Assembly (NCBI GenBank): GCA_964493415.1
Contig: CAZBND010000025.1
Span: forward strand, 14,785-44,067
DNA length: 29,283 bases
From: an uncultured Planctomycetota bacterium
GTDB lineage: Bacteria > Planctomycetota > DG-23 > CAZBND01
Reading direction: 5' to 3'
Part shown: piece after piece, positions 17,266 through 24,429 of the stretch
Position numbering within the stretch: the stretch's first letter is position 1
Layout of the letters: each line of letters starts with the position of its first letter
Notes under the pieces: generated by a model
What the model was told of the DNA's origin: nothing
Database searches by the model: none
The model's input: only the letters and a program-made list of their open reading frames with translations
Translations under genes and position numbers: made by a program

Positions 17266-18300
17266 TTACTTCCCGGCGGGGCATAGTGGTGACGCGCTGA
17301 CGATCCAGCGGCTCGCGTCGACTCTCGTCAGGCCCCGTACGCCTGGGAGCAATTGAGCACTCGAATCGGGGCCTCTGACTGCGACATCCAACCGCGTCGT
17401 GCCGCGTTTTGCATGGGCGACGAGAAGCCGTGCGGCGAGAGGGACATCATCTGTCGGCGAGGGCCCTCGGCAGAGCGCGGTCGGCCCGGGCGAATTCTGC
17501 GGGATAAGCAGCGCATCGTCGGGTCTGACGAGGCTCTCAAGCACGGCGTTCTCCTCTTCGTTTCTGCCCACGACCACCTTGGCTCCGCTGTCCAGCCGGA
17601 AATGACGTCCCAGCTTGAGAAGGCCTATATCGCTCATCTTGCATGAAGGGTCGTAGTCGAACAGGTCCCGCAGGCGGACCGAGAATTCTCTGTCAGTCAG
17701 GAGACAACCTCCGGCGGGGCACAAGTAATCCCTTATGCCGAGCTTGTTTGCCAACGCGATCTGGGGCTTCCGCGAGCGGCCCTGGATGGCTTTGAGCCGC
17801 GCTGTGTCCAGGAGCCCCTTTTCCTCCGGAAGCGATTCCGGAAGAAGCTTACTTGAGAGCGGACGCACAATCAGTCCGGCCAGTCCTGACTCGTGCTCAA
17901 TGATTTCCATCGCGTGGCGGCGCTGGGACATGGGGCGCTCGCCGAGCACTTCCCCCGTTGCGATGAAGTCGGCGCCCGTTTCCTCCATGCGACGCCGGGC
18001 TTGAGAGAACATGTGAATGCGGCAGTCCAGACATGGGTTCATGCCGCGGCCTCGGCCGAATCTTGGATGCTTAACGACCTGGAGGTATTCCTCGCCGCAG
18101 GCGAGTATCTGAACAGGGATGCCCAACTGTTCGGCCGCTTTTCGGGCTGCCGGGCATCCCAGCCCCTTGGGCGTACAGCGGCAGAAGGGGGAGACGAAGT
18201 TGAGCGCCTCAATTTGAATTCCCATGTCGAGAAGCAGCTTGCCGGCGAGGGTGCTGTCAAGGCCTCCGGAAAGCAATAGAATCGCCTTTGGCATGTTCAC
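17266..18300 (-). CDS. PP-loop ATP pyrophosphatase, ThiI-like tRNA/sulfur-transferase domain without a THUMP domain (putative Fe-S or Cys-dependent thiolation enzyme)
   Basis: The N-terminal PP-loop is AILLLSGGLDSTLA. A ThiI-type motif ATGEVLGERPMSQRRHAMEIIEHESGLAGLIVRPLSS matches ThiI VTGEALGQVSSQT...LRPL. Cys clusters are FCRCTPKGLGC and NPCLDC. It is divergent from the Rrf2/sulfur cluster. Confidence 0.55.
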   Translation of the reverse strand: MNMPKAILLLSGGLDSTLAGKLLLDMGIQIEALNFVSPFCRCTPKGLGCPAARKAAEQLGIPVQILACGEEYLQVVKHPRFGRGRGMNPCLDCRIHMFSQARRRMEETGADFIATGEVLGERPMSQRRHAMEIIEHESGLAGLIVRPLSSKLLPESLPEEKGLLDTARLKAIQGRSRKPQIALANKLGIRDYLCPAGGCLLTDREFSVRLRDLFDYDPSCKMSDIGLLKLGRHFRLDSGAKVVVGRNEEENAVLESLVRPDDALLIPQNSPGPTALCRGPSPTDDVPLAARLLVAHAKRGTTRLDVAVRGPDSSAQLLPGVRGLTRVDASRWIVSASPLCPAGK

Positions 18301-18521
18301 TGTGTCCGTTTCTACGTGTTGCCGGGTGGTTTAGGGGGTCTTTGCCGGCCTCGGCCCGGCTGGAGAGTTTCGCCCTGCTCTGGGGGTGTTGCTCGACCTT
18401 TTCATTGTAATCGCCGGCCGGAGAAAAGCAACTAGGAGCGTAAGGTATGATGCGCGAAAGACTTGCGGCAGGTGGTCGTGGGATTTGCGGGGGAGGGGAG
18501 AGAAAAAATCGGGTGGCCTAT

Positions 18522-18550
18522 TGACAGGTAGGGTGAGGCGGCTATAATTC
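18522..18550 (+). promoter_or_regulatory. Near-consensus sigma70 promoter (TTGACA, about 17 nt, TATAAT) for the Rrf2-led sulfur cluster
   Basis: The sequence reads cctaTTGACAggtagggtgaggcggcTATAATtccag, about 27 nt upstream of the Rrf2 start (18577). Coordinates are approximate to +/-2. Confidence 0.55.
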
Positions 18551-18576
18551 CAGTAAGTGCCCGTAAAAGGTAGACT

Positions 18577-18993
18577 ATGCTTCTCGAGAACGCCAGAATG
18601 AATCATGCGTGCGTCGCGCTATTGGAGCTCTCCCAGCACTGGGAGACGGGGGAACTGGTGAAGACCAAGGACATATCTCGGGAGAATTCGCTGCCGCACA
18701 AGTATCTGACGCAGATACTGCTTCAGCTTAGGAGTGCCGGGCTTGTTGTGAGTGTCCGTGGATCGCGCGGGGGATTCAGGCTCGCGCGCCATCCTCGGGA
18801 GATAACGGTGTGGGATGTTTTTCAAGCGGTAGAGAGCACAGGCCGCGAACGCAGGGAGGGAAAGGCCGGGCTGCGGGAGGGGCAGCGGCTACTGGCGAGC
18901 GTTTGGAGAGAGGCGGCCGGCGGGGTGAGGGAGACGCTGGAGAAGTACACGTTCGAGGATTTGCGCACGGCGGCGCAGGTGTACCACATATGA
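18577..18993 (+). CDS. Rrf2-family transcriptional regulator (CymR/IscR-like)
   Basis: The N-terminal wHTH is RMNHACVALLELSQH...SRENSLPHKYLTQILLQLRSAGLVVSVRGSRGGFRLAR. It is the first gene of the co-directional sulfur assimilation cluster. Confidence 0.88.
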   Translation: MLLENARMNHACVALLELSQHWETGELVKTKDISRENSLPHKYLTQILLQLRSAGLVVSVRGSRGGFRLARHPREITVWDVFQAVESTGRERREGKAGLREGQRLLASVWREAAGGVRETLEKYTFEDLRTAAQVYHI

Positions 18994-19058
18994 GTCCCCT
19001 TTTTTGGGGCAATACACTAGTAAAAGAATAGGATGGGTAGGAAAGAGCGGAGGTTGCT

Positions 19059-19772
19059 GTGACACGGATCGGATTTGAGGATAGGGCGAGCCTTCAGTCC
19101 CTGAGCGCGGAAGGGCTCTTGACATGGGCGCTGGATGAGTTCGGTGACGAGGTCTCGCTGGCGTGCAGCTTTGGCGCGGAGGATGTGGTGCTGGTCGACA
19201 TGCTGTGCAGGCTCACCTCGAAGCCCAGAGTGTTTGCCATTGACACCGGCAGGCTTCACGAGGCGACGTACGAGGTCATGGAGCGAATCAGGGAGAAATA
19301 TGGTCTCGACCTCGACATCTACTTTCCGTCGCGAGGGGAAGTGGAACGGCTGGTCAGCGAGAAGGGTCTTTATTCATTCCGCACCAGCTTGGAGGGACGG
19401 AAAGAATGCTGTCGGATAAGGAAGGTGGAACCACTGGGGCGGGCGCTGAAAGGGCTCAAGGCGTGGATAACGGGGCTCAGACGCGACCAGAGCATTACCA
19501 GAACGGAGGTTGCGAAGGTGGAAGTCGACGACGCGCACGGGGGAATCGTTAAGCTCAATCCCCTTGCCGACTGGAGTTCTGAGGCGGTGTGGGAGTACAT
19601 CCGGGCCAATGACGTTCCCTACAACGCTCTGCACGACGTCGGCTATCCGAGCATCGGCTGCGAGCCGTGCACACGGGCTGTGAAGCCCGGGGAGCGTCCG
19701 AGAGCCGGCCGCTGGTGGTGGGAGAATCCGGTTGATAAAGAATGTGGTCTTCATGTTGAGGAAAGGAAGTGA
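19059..19772 (+). CDS. cysH: Adenylyl-sulfate (APS) reductase, thioredoxin-dependent, Fe-S type (PAPS reductase family)
   Basis: It has the PAPS_reduct fold (SFGAEDVVLVDML), an Fe-S cluster Cys pair KECCRIRK plus SIGCEPCT, and the C-terminal catalytic ECGLH. The CC..CxxC motif indicates APS rather than PAPS specificity. GTG start with RBS GGAGG. Confidence 0.88.
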   Translation: MTRIGFEDRASLQSLSAEGLLTWALDEFGDEVSLACSFGAEDVVLVDMLCRLTSKPRVFAIDTGRLHEATYEVMERIREKYGLDLDIYFPSRGEVERLVSEKGLYSFRTSLEGRKECCRIRKVEPLGRALKGLKAWITGLRRDQSITRTEVAKVEVDDAHGGIVKLNPLADWSSEAVWEYIRANDVPYNALHDVGYPSIGCEPCTRAVKPGERPRAGRWWWENPVDKECGLHVEERK

Positions 19773-19774
19773 CC

Positions 19775-21013
19775 ATGCCCTCTTTAGTCTTGCCGCACGG
19801 CGGGAAGCTGATCGACCGAACAGCCGAAGGGAAAGAGCGCGCGGAATTGCTTGACAGGTTCGCGGGGTACCCCGCGGTTGAAATAGACCGGCTTGCCGCT
19901 TCGGACATCGAGCTCTTGGCCACTGGAGCGTTCAGCCCGCTTAAAGGGTTCATGGGGCGGGATGATTATGAGTCGGTGCTGGCGTCCAACCGGTTGGCTT
20001 CGGGGCTGCCGTGGACCATACCTGTAACGCTATCGGTGTCGCGCCGAGCAGCCAAAAGAGTGAGCTCCGCCGGCGATGTGGCCCTTATTTGCCCGGAAAA
20101 TGAAACGAGGGCGGTTCTTCATCTCGAGGACGTGTTCGAACACCCCAAAGAGAGGGAATCGGTACAAGTGTACGGTACCAGCGATTTCGCGCATCCGGGT
20201 GTAGCGCGGCTTTACGGGCGGGGAGAAGTTCTGCTGGGCGGGAGCATAACCGTGGTTTCGCTTCCGAAACACGGCACTCTCCTCGAGTACCGTCACGCGC
20301 CTGCAGAAACGCGGGCGGCTTTTTCGGAGCGGGGATGGAAGCGTATTGCCGGGTTCCAGACGAGGAACCCAATCCACCGCGCGCACGAGTACATCCAAAA
20401 GTGCGCTCTTGAGATAGTGGACGGGCTTTTCCTTCAGCCGCTGGTCGGGGACACCAAAGCTGACGACATACCGGCGGAGGTGAGCATTCGAAGCTACGAG
20501 GTCGTCACGAGCAGGTATTATCCCAAGGATCGCGTCTTCCTGGGGGCGTTTCCGGGATACATGAGATATGCCGGGCCGCGGGAAGCGGTTTTTCACGCCT
20601 TGGTGCGGAAGAACTACGGCTGCAGTCACTTCATCGTGGGGAGAGATCATGCGGGTGTCGGTGATTACTACGGACCGTTTGATGCGCACAAGATATTCGA
20701 AAGCTTTGGCCCGGACGAGATCGGGATAACGCCGTTGTTTTTTGACCACACATTCTATTGCCGCGATTGCGAGGGGATGTCCTCCCCCAAGACGTGCCCG
20801 CATTCCTTGGGGTCGAGATGCTTGCTCTCAGGGAAAAGGGTGCGGGAACTGCTGGCTGAGGGGAAGACGCCTCCCACGGAGCACACGAGGCCCGAGGTAG
20901 CGGAGATTCTGGTGGAAGCGTACCGGAAGGCTAACGGGGCGTCCAATTCGGAGCCGGAGGGGGAGCGTACGCCTGCGGGAAGCTCGTGCGCAAAGGTGAA
21001 GAAAGGTGGCTGA
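19775..21013 (+). CDS. sat: Sulfate adenylyltransferase (ATP sulfurylase, homo-oligomeric type)
   Basis: Motifs GFQTRNPIHRAHE and FIVGRDHAGVG are present, along with an N-terminal PUA-like domain (LVLPHGGKLIDR). ATG 19775 follows RBS GAGGAAAGGAAG. An alternative GTG 19769 overlaps the cysH stop as GTGA. Confidence 0.9.
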   Translation: MPSLVLPHGGKLIDRTAEGKERAELLDRFAGYPAVEIDRLAASDIELLATGAFSPLKGFMGRDDYESVLASNRLASGLPWTIPVTLSVSRRAAKRVSSAGDVALICPENETRAVLHLEDVFEHPKERESVQVYGTSDFAHPGVARLYGRGEVLLGGSITVVSLPKHGTLLEYRHAPAETRAAFSERGWKRIAGFQTRNPIHRAHEYIQKCALEIVDGLFLQPLVGDTKADDIPAEVSIRSYEVVTSRYYPKDRVFLGAFPGYMRYAGPREAVFHALVRKNYGCSHFIVGRDHAGVGDYYGPFDAHKIFESFGPDEIGITPLFFDHTFYCRDCEGMSSPKTCPHSLGSRCLLSGKRVRELLAEGKTPPTEHTRPEVAEILVEAYRKANGASNSEPEGERTPAGSSCAKVKKGG

Positions 21014-21291
21014 TGAGGATGTCGGATGACCTTCGGCCGGTGCGCTCGGCTGACCTCACGCGGGAAGTCTGCCCGATGACCTTCGTGAAGTTGAAGCTCC
21101 ACTTGGAGCTGATTCAGCCCGGGGAGGTTCTCGAAGTGTTGTTGAAGGAAGGCGAGCACATGCGGGACGTGCCTCGGTCGGTGAAAGAAGAGGGGCATAA
21201 GATCGTGGCGGTGGAACCGGTCGGCGAGAACTACAGAGTGTTTGTCCAAAAGGCGGTCTGCGGGGGTTCGGGGGAGGTAAGCAAGCAATGA
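21010..21291 (+). CDS. TusA/SirA-like sulfur-carrier or sulfurtransferase family protein
   Basis: It is about 93 aa with ADLTREVCPMTFVKLKLHLELIQPGEVLEVL. This is a CPxP-like motif with the second Pro replaced (CPMT) in a two-layer alpha/beta fold. ATG 21010 overlaps the sat stop as ATGA, and its stop overlaps the next start as ATGA. Confidence 0.65.
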   Translation: MMRMSDDLRPVRSADLTREVCPMTFVKLKLHLELIQPGEVLEVLLKEGEHMRDVPRSVKEEGHKIVAVEPVGENYRVFVQKAVCGGSGEVSKQ

Positions 21292-22577
21292 ATTTCGTGA
21301 AGGGACTCAAATGCAGAGAAGAAGGATGCGGCGGGAGGTATCCCAAAGAGCCGTTGCACATATGCGAGCACTGCTTCGGGAAATTGGAGGTTGACTACGA
21401 CTACGAGGGGATAGCGAGGGGGATATCGAGGGATGTGATTGAACAGCGCCCGGCGACGATGTGGCGGTATCGTGAGCTGCTTCCGATAGACGGCGATCCG
21501 ACTGCGGGCCTCACGACAGGATTCACCCCGCTGTTCCGAGCCGAGAGGCTGGCCCGTGCGCTGGAACACGACGAGGTATACATCAAAAACGATGCGGTGA
21601 ATTCCCCGACGCTTTCTTTTAAGGATCGAGTGGTCTCCGTGGCGTTGTCGAAGGCGAAGGAGTTCGGATTCGACACCGTAGCGTGCGCGACGACCGGCAA
21701 CCTTGGGAATAGCCTTGCAGCGCAGTCCGTCAAGGCAGGTCTTCGGTGTTTCATATTCATGCCGGCGGATCTCGAGCAGGGGAAGATCGTCGCGACGTCG
21801 GTGTACGGTGTGAACGTAATCGGGATATCGGGGAACTACGACAACGTGAATCGACTGTGCACGGAAATAGCGGATCGCTGCGGGTGGGGGTTCGTGAACA
21901 TAAATTTGAGGCCGTACTATGCCGAGGGGTCCAAGACGTACGGATTTGAGATAGTGGAGCAGCTTGGCTGGCGCGCGCCGAAGCACGTGGTTGTGCCGAT
22001 GGCGGGTGGGTCTCTGGTTACCAAGGTGCACAAGGCGATAAAGGAGTGCCGAGAAGTCGGGCTGATAGAGGGTGCCGATACGCGCATACACGGGGCCCAG
22101 GCATCGGGGTGCAATCCCATTTCCGCGGCGATCAAGGCCGGCGAGGAGATCATTACTCCCGTCAGACCCGACACCATCGCTCATTCGATAGCCATCGGCA
22201 ATCCGGCGGACGGGTACTATGCAGTGGAGACGATTCGCGATAGCGGGGGGTGGGCCGAGGACGTTACCGATGGGGAGATTGTGGAGGGGATCAGGCTGCT
22301 CGCTGAAACAGAGGGTGTATTCACTGAGACGGCGGGAGGGGTCACAGTGGCGGTCACGAGAAAGCTCATCGAGCAGGGCCACATACCACGGGACGAGTCG
22401 GTGGTGATCTCGATCACGGGGAACGGGCTCAAGACCCAGGAGGCGGTGCTCGGGAAAGTCAGGGAGAGGGTGATCATAGAGGCGCGGTACGAAGACTTTG
22501 AGGCGGCGCTCGCGTCACTGGAGGCTCGCGATCAAGGAGCCGCCCTGTCCGCAAAGGAGGAAGCCAAGTGCCTGTGA
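21288..22577 (+). CDS. Threonine-synthase-like PLP-dependent enzyme (fold type II) with an N-terminal zinc ribbon; candidate O-phosphohomoserine-dependent sulfhydrylase
   Basis: It has an N-terminal C-x4-C...C-x2-C (CREEGCGG...ICEHCFG) and the PLP lysine motif SPTLSFKDRVVS. The Gly-rich loop and C-terminal domain are typical of ThrC. It is translationally coupled upstream (TusA-like) and downstream (sulfur carrier, GTGA overlap). Confidence 0.8.
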   Translation: MNFVKGLKCREEGCGGRYPKEPLHICEHCFGKLEVDYDYEGIARGISRDVIEQRPATMWRYRELLPIDGDPTAGLTTGFTPLFRAERLARALEHDEVYIKNDAVNSPTLSFKDRVVSVALSKAKEFGFDTVACATTGNLGNSLAAQSVKAGLRCFIFMPADLEQGKIVATSVYGVNVIGISGNYDNVNRLCTEIADRCGWGFVNINLRPYYAEGSKTYGFEIVEQLGWRAPKHVVVPMAGGSLVTKVHKAIKECREVGLIEGADTRIHGAQASGCNPISAAIKAGEEIITPVRPDTIAHSIAIGNPADGYYAVETIRDSGGWAEDVTDGEIVEGIRLLAETEGVFTETAGGVTVAVTRKLIEQGHIPRDESVVISITGNGLKTQEAVLGKVRERVIIEARYEDFEAALASLEARDQGAALSAKEEAKCL

Positions 22578-23071
22578 CAGTTAGAACATCCTCTGTTTTG
22601 AGGGGTCTCCTTCAAGGGAACCTCGAGGTGGAGTCTGAAGGGAAGACCGTGCGCGAGGTGCTCACTTCGCTGGGCGTGCTTGAGCGTATTTGTGACCCGT
22701 CGGGGGGAATCAGGCGGCATTTCAACATTCACGTGAATGACGGCGACGACATAAGACTTGGACGGGGGCTCGAAACGAAGGTGAAATCCGGAGACGTTGT
22801 CACCATCCTGTCGGCGATTTCAGGCGGAGCGGAATATCGGCGCAAGGTGTGGTTGACCTTTCCAAAGGAACAGGTCGCTCGCCCTCTTGTCTGGGAAGTA
22901 GGCCAACGATTCGAAGTGGTCACCAACATTCGCCAGGCGAGCGTTTCCAGCGAAATCGGCATAGTGGGGCTGGAGATTACGGGAGAACGGGAGGAAGTGA
23001 TGCGCGCGGTCGATTTTCTTGAAGAACAGGGGGTCTCTGTAGAGCCGATCGAGCTGGACGTGGTGGAGTGA
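22574..23071 (+). CDS. ThiS/MoaD-like sulfur-carrier protein with internal Gly-Gly (about residues 84-85) fused to a C-terminal NIL domain
   Basis: The N-terminal beta-grasp ends ...NIHVNDGDDIRLGRGLETKVKSGDVVTILSAISGG (compare ThiS ...HIVQDGDQILLFQVIAGG). It is followed by about 80 aa that match the NIL / MetN-C2-like domain (LTFPKEQVARPLVWEVGQRFEVVTNIRQASVSSEIGIVGLEITGEREEVMRAVDFLEEQGVSVEPIE). GTG 22574 overlaps the upstream stop as GTGA. Confidence 0.72.
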   Translation: MTVRTSSVLRGLLQGNLEVESEGKTVREVLTSLGVLERICDPSGGIRRHFNIHVNDGDDIRLGRGLETKVKSGDVVTILSAISGGAEYRRKVWLTFPKEQVARPLVWEVGQRFEVVTNIRQASVSSEIGIVGLEITGEREEVMRAVDFLEEQGVSVEPIELDVVE

Positions 23072-23074
23072 GGC

Positions 23075-23920
23075 GTGAAAGAATTAGGGTTCAACGAAAG
23101 CCAGATTAACAGATACTCCCGGCACATCCTCCTCAAGGATGTCGGGCTGGAGGGGCAGAAGAAACTGTCAAGAGCCGGCGTATTTGTGGTGGGGGCGGGG
23201 GGGCTTGGCTCGCCGGCGCTCTACTACCTTGCGGCGGCCGGGATCGGCAGGATAGGCGTGGTCGATTCGGACGTTGTGGACCTGTCTAACCTGCAAAGGC
23301 AAGTGCTTTTTGGGGTGGACGATATCGGCAAGAGCAAGGCCCGGGCTGCCGCTGACGCACTTGCCCGTCAGAACCCTGACTGCAATGTACTGGCCGCGGA
23401 AGAGCGGCTCACTTCCGGGAACATAGAAAGCCTGTGCGATGGCTACGACGTGGTCTTGGACGGTAGCGACAACTTCCCGACGCGGTTTCTGGTGAACGAC
23501 TTCTGTTGGCTGCGAGGAATCCCGCTGGTTTCCGCCGCGGTCGTTCAGTTCGACGGGCAATTGCTGACGGTGGTGCCGGAGGAGAAGACTCCTTGTTACC
23601 GGTGTCTTGTCGGGGAGCCGCCGGAGCCGGGGACAATCCCAAGTTGCCAAGAGGCGGGGGTGCTTGGTGCGGTTGCGGGCGTTGTCGGTACGCTGCAGGC
23701 CGCTGAGGCGCTTAAGCTCATCATCGGCATCGGCAAGCTCCTTACGAATAGCCTCCTCGTTTACAGCGCGTTGGAGGGCAAATTCAACCTCTTCCGTCGA
23801 TCCAGCGACCCGGATTGTCCGCTGTGTGGGACAAGCCCGCGTATCACGGGTCTCAAGGACTATGAGCAGGTGTGTTCCGCGCGAGAAACCGTGGCGCGGA
23901 GTGGGAGGTTGAGTACGTGA
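23075..23920 (+). CDS. MoeB/ThiF/HesA-family E1-like adenylyltransferase (no rhodanese domain)
   Basis: The nucleotide-binding motif is VVGAGGLGSPALYYLAAAGIGRIGVVDSDVVDLSNLQRQ. Zinc Cys pairs CYRC...CPLC and a conserved Cys in PSCQEAGVLG are present. GTG start 3 nt after the carrier stop. Confidence 0.9.
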   Translation: MKELGFNESQINRYSRHILLKDVGLEGQKKLSRAGVFVVGAGGLGSPALYYLAAAGIGRIGVVDSDVVDLSNLQRQVLFGVDDIGKSKARAAADALARQNPDCNVLAAEERLTSGNIESLCDGYDVVLDGSDNFPTRFLVNDFCWLRGIPLVSAAVVQFDGQLLTVVPEEKTPCYRCLVGEPPEPGTIPSCQEAGVLGAVAGVVGTLQAAEALKLIIGIGKLLTNSLLVYSALEGKFNLFRRSSDPDCPLCGTSPRITGLKDYEQVCSARETVARSGRLST

Positions 23921-24429
23921 AGCTTCTTGCGGATACTGCCAACTCCATAATTGAAGAGGCGAAGAAAGATGACTGTGAATGCTGCGGGATTCTTTTGGCC
24001 GACCCGCTCGCGCCGAGTGTGGGGCGTTGGGTCTATCCAGCGCCCAACCGAGCAACGAGGAGGAAGCAATCGCGGTTTGTCCTCGACCCCGCGACTCACC
24101 TAAGGGTGGTGGAGTGGGAGGCAGAAGGACGGGTGGTAGTGGTCGGGTACTATCATTCGCATCCGACGTCGCCGGCTGAGCCTTCGCCGGATGATATCGA
24201 CAGGGCACTTTCGGGGGTCACGTACCTCATCGCGGGGTTGGAGGGGAGAACTTGGACTTTACGTGCTTGGCGGAAGGTCGGTGAGGAATTCGTTGAAGAA
24301 CCCATAGAGTTGGAGATGGGCGAATGGCACAGACCGTTGCAGAAAAGCTGGGCAGCAGGCCGGCGCTGCGCCGGTTCAGCGATGCGAGAGAACTCATACC
24401 CAGTCCCGCCAACCCGACCCCGTTGGTGA
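23917..24429 (+). CDS. JAMM/MPN+ (Mov34) zinc metalloprotease (Mec+/HcyD/QbsD-like)
   Basis: The JAMM motif is E...GYYHSHPTSPAEPSPDDI (HxHx7Sx2D) and the N-terminus is VKLLADTANSIIEEAKKDDCECCGILL. The likely start GTG 23917 overlaps the E1 stop as GTGA. Its 3' end overlaps the next gene by about 106 nt. Confidence 0.82.
   Translation: MKLLADTANSIIEEAKKDDCECCGILLADPLAPSVGRWVYPAPNRATRRKQSRFVLDPATHLRVVEWEAEGRVVVVGYYHSHPTSPAEPSPDDIDRALSGVTYLIAGLEGRTWTLRAWRKVGEEFVEEPIELEMGEWHRPLQKSWAAGRRCAGSAMRENSYPVPPTRPRW

Noticed and set aside
21231-22382. 383-aa ORF (-) antisense to the ThrC-like gene, and the 23168-24208 (-) 346-aa ORF antisense to the E1/JAMM genes
   Set aside because: They are antisense to genes that have clear catalytic motifs and translational coupling. 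They have no domains and an Arg/Pro-rich composition.
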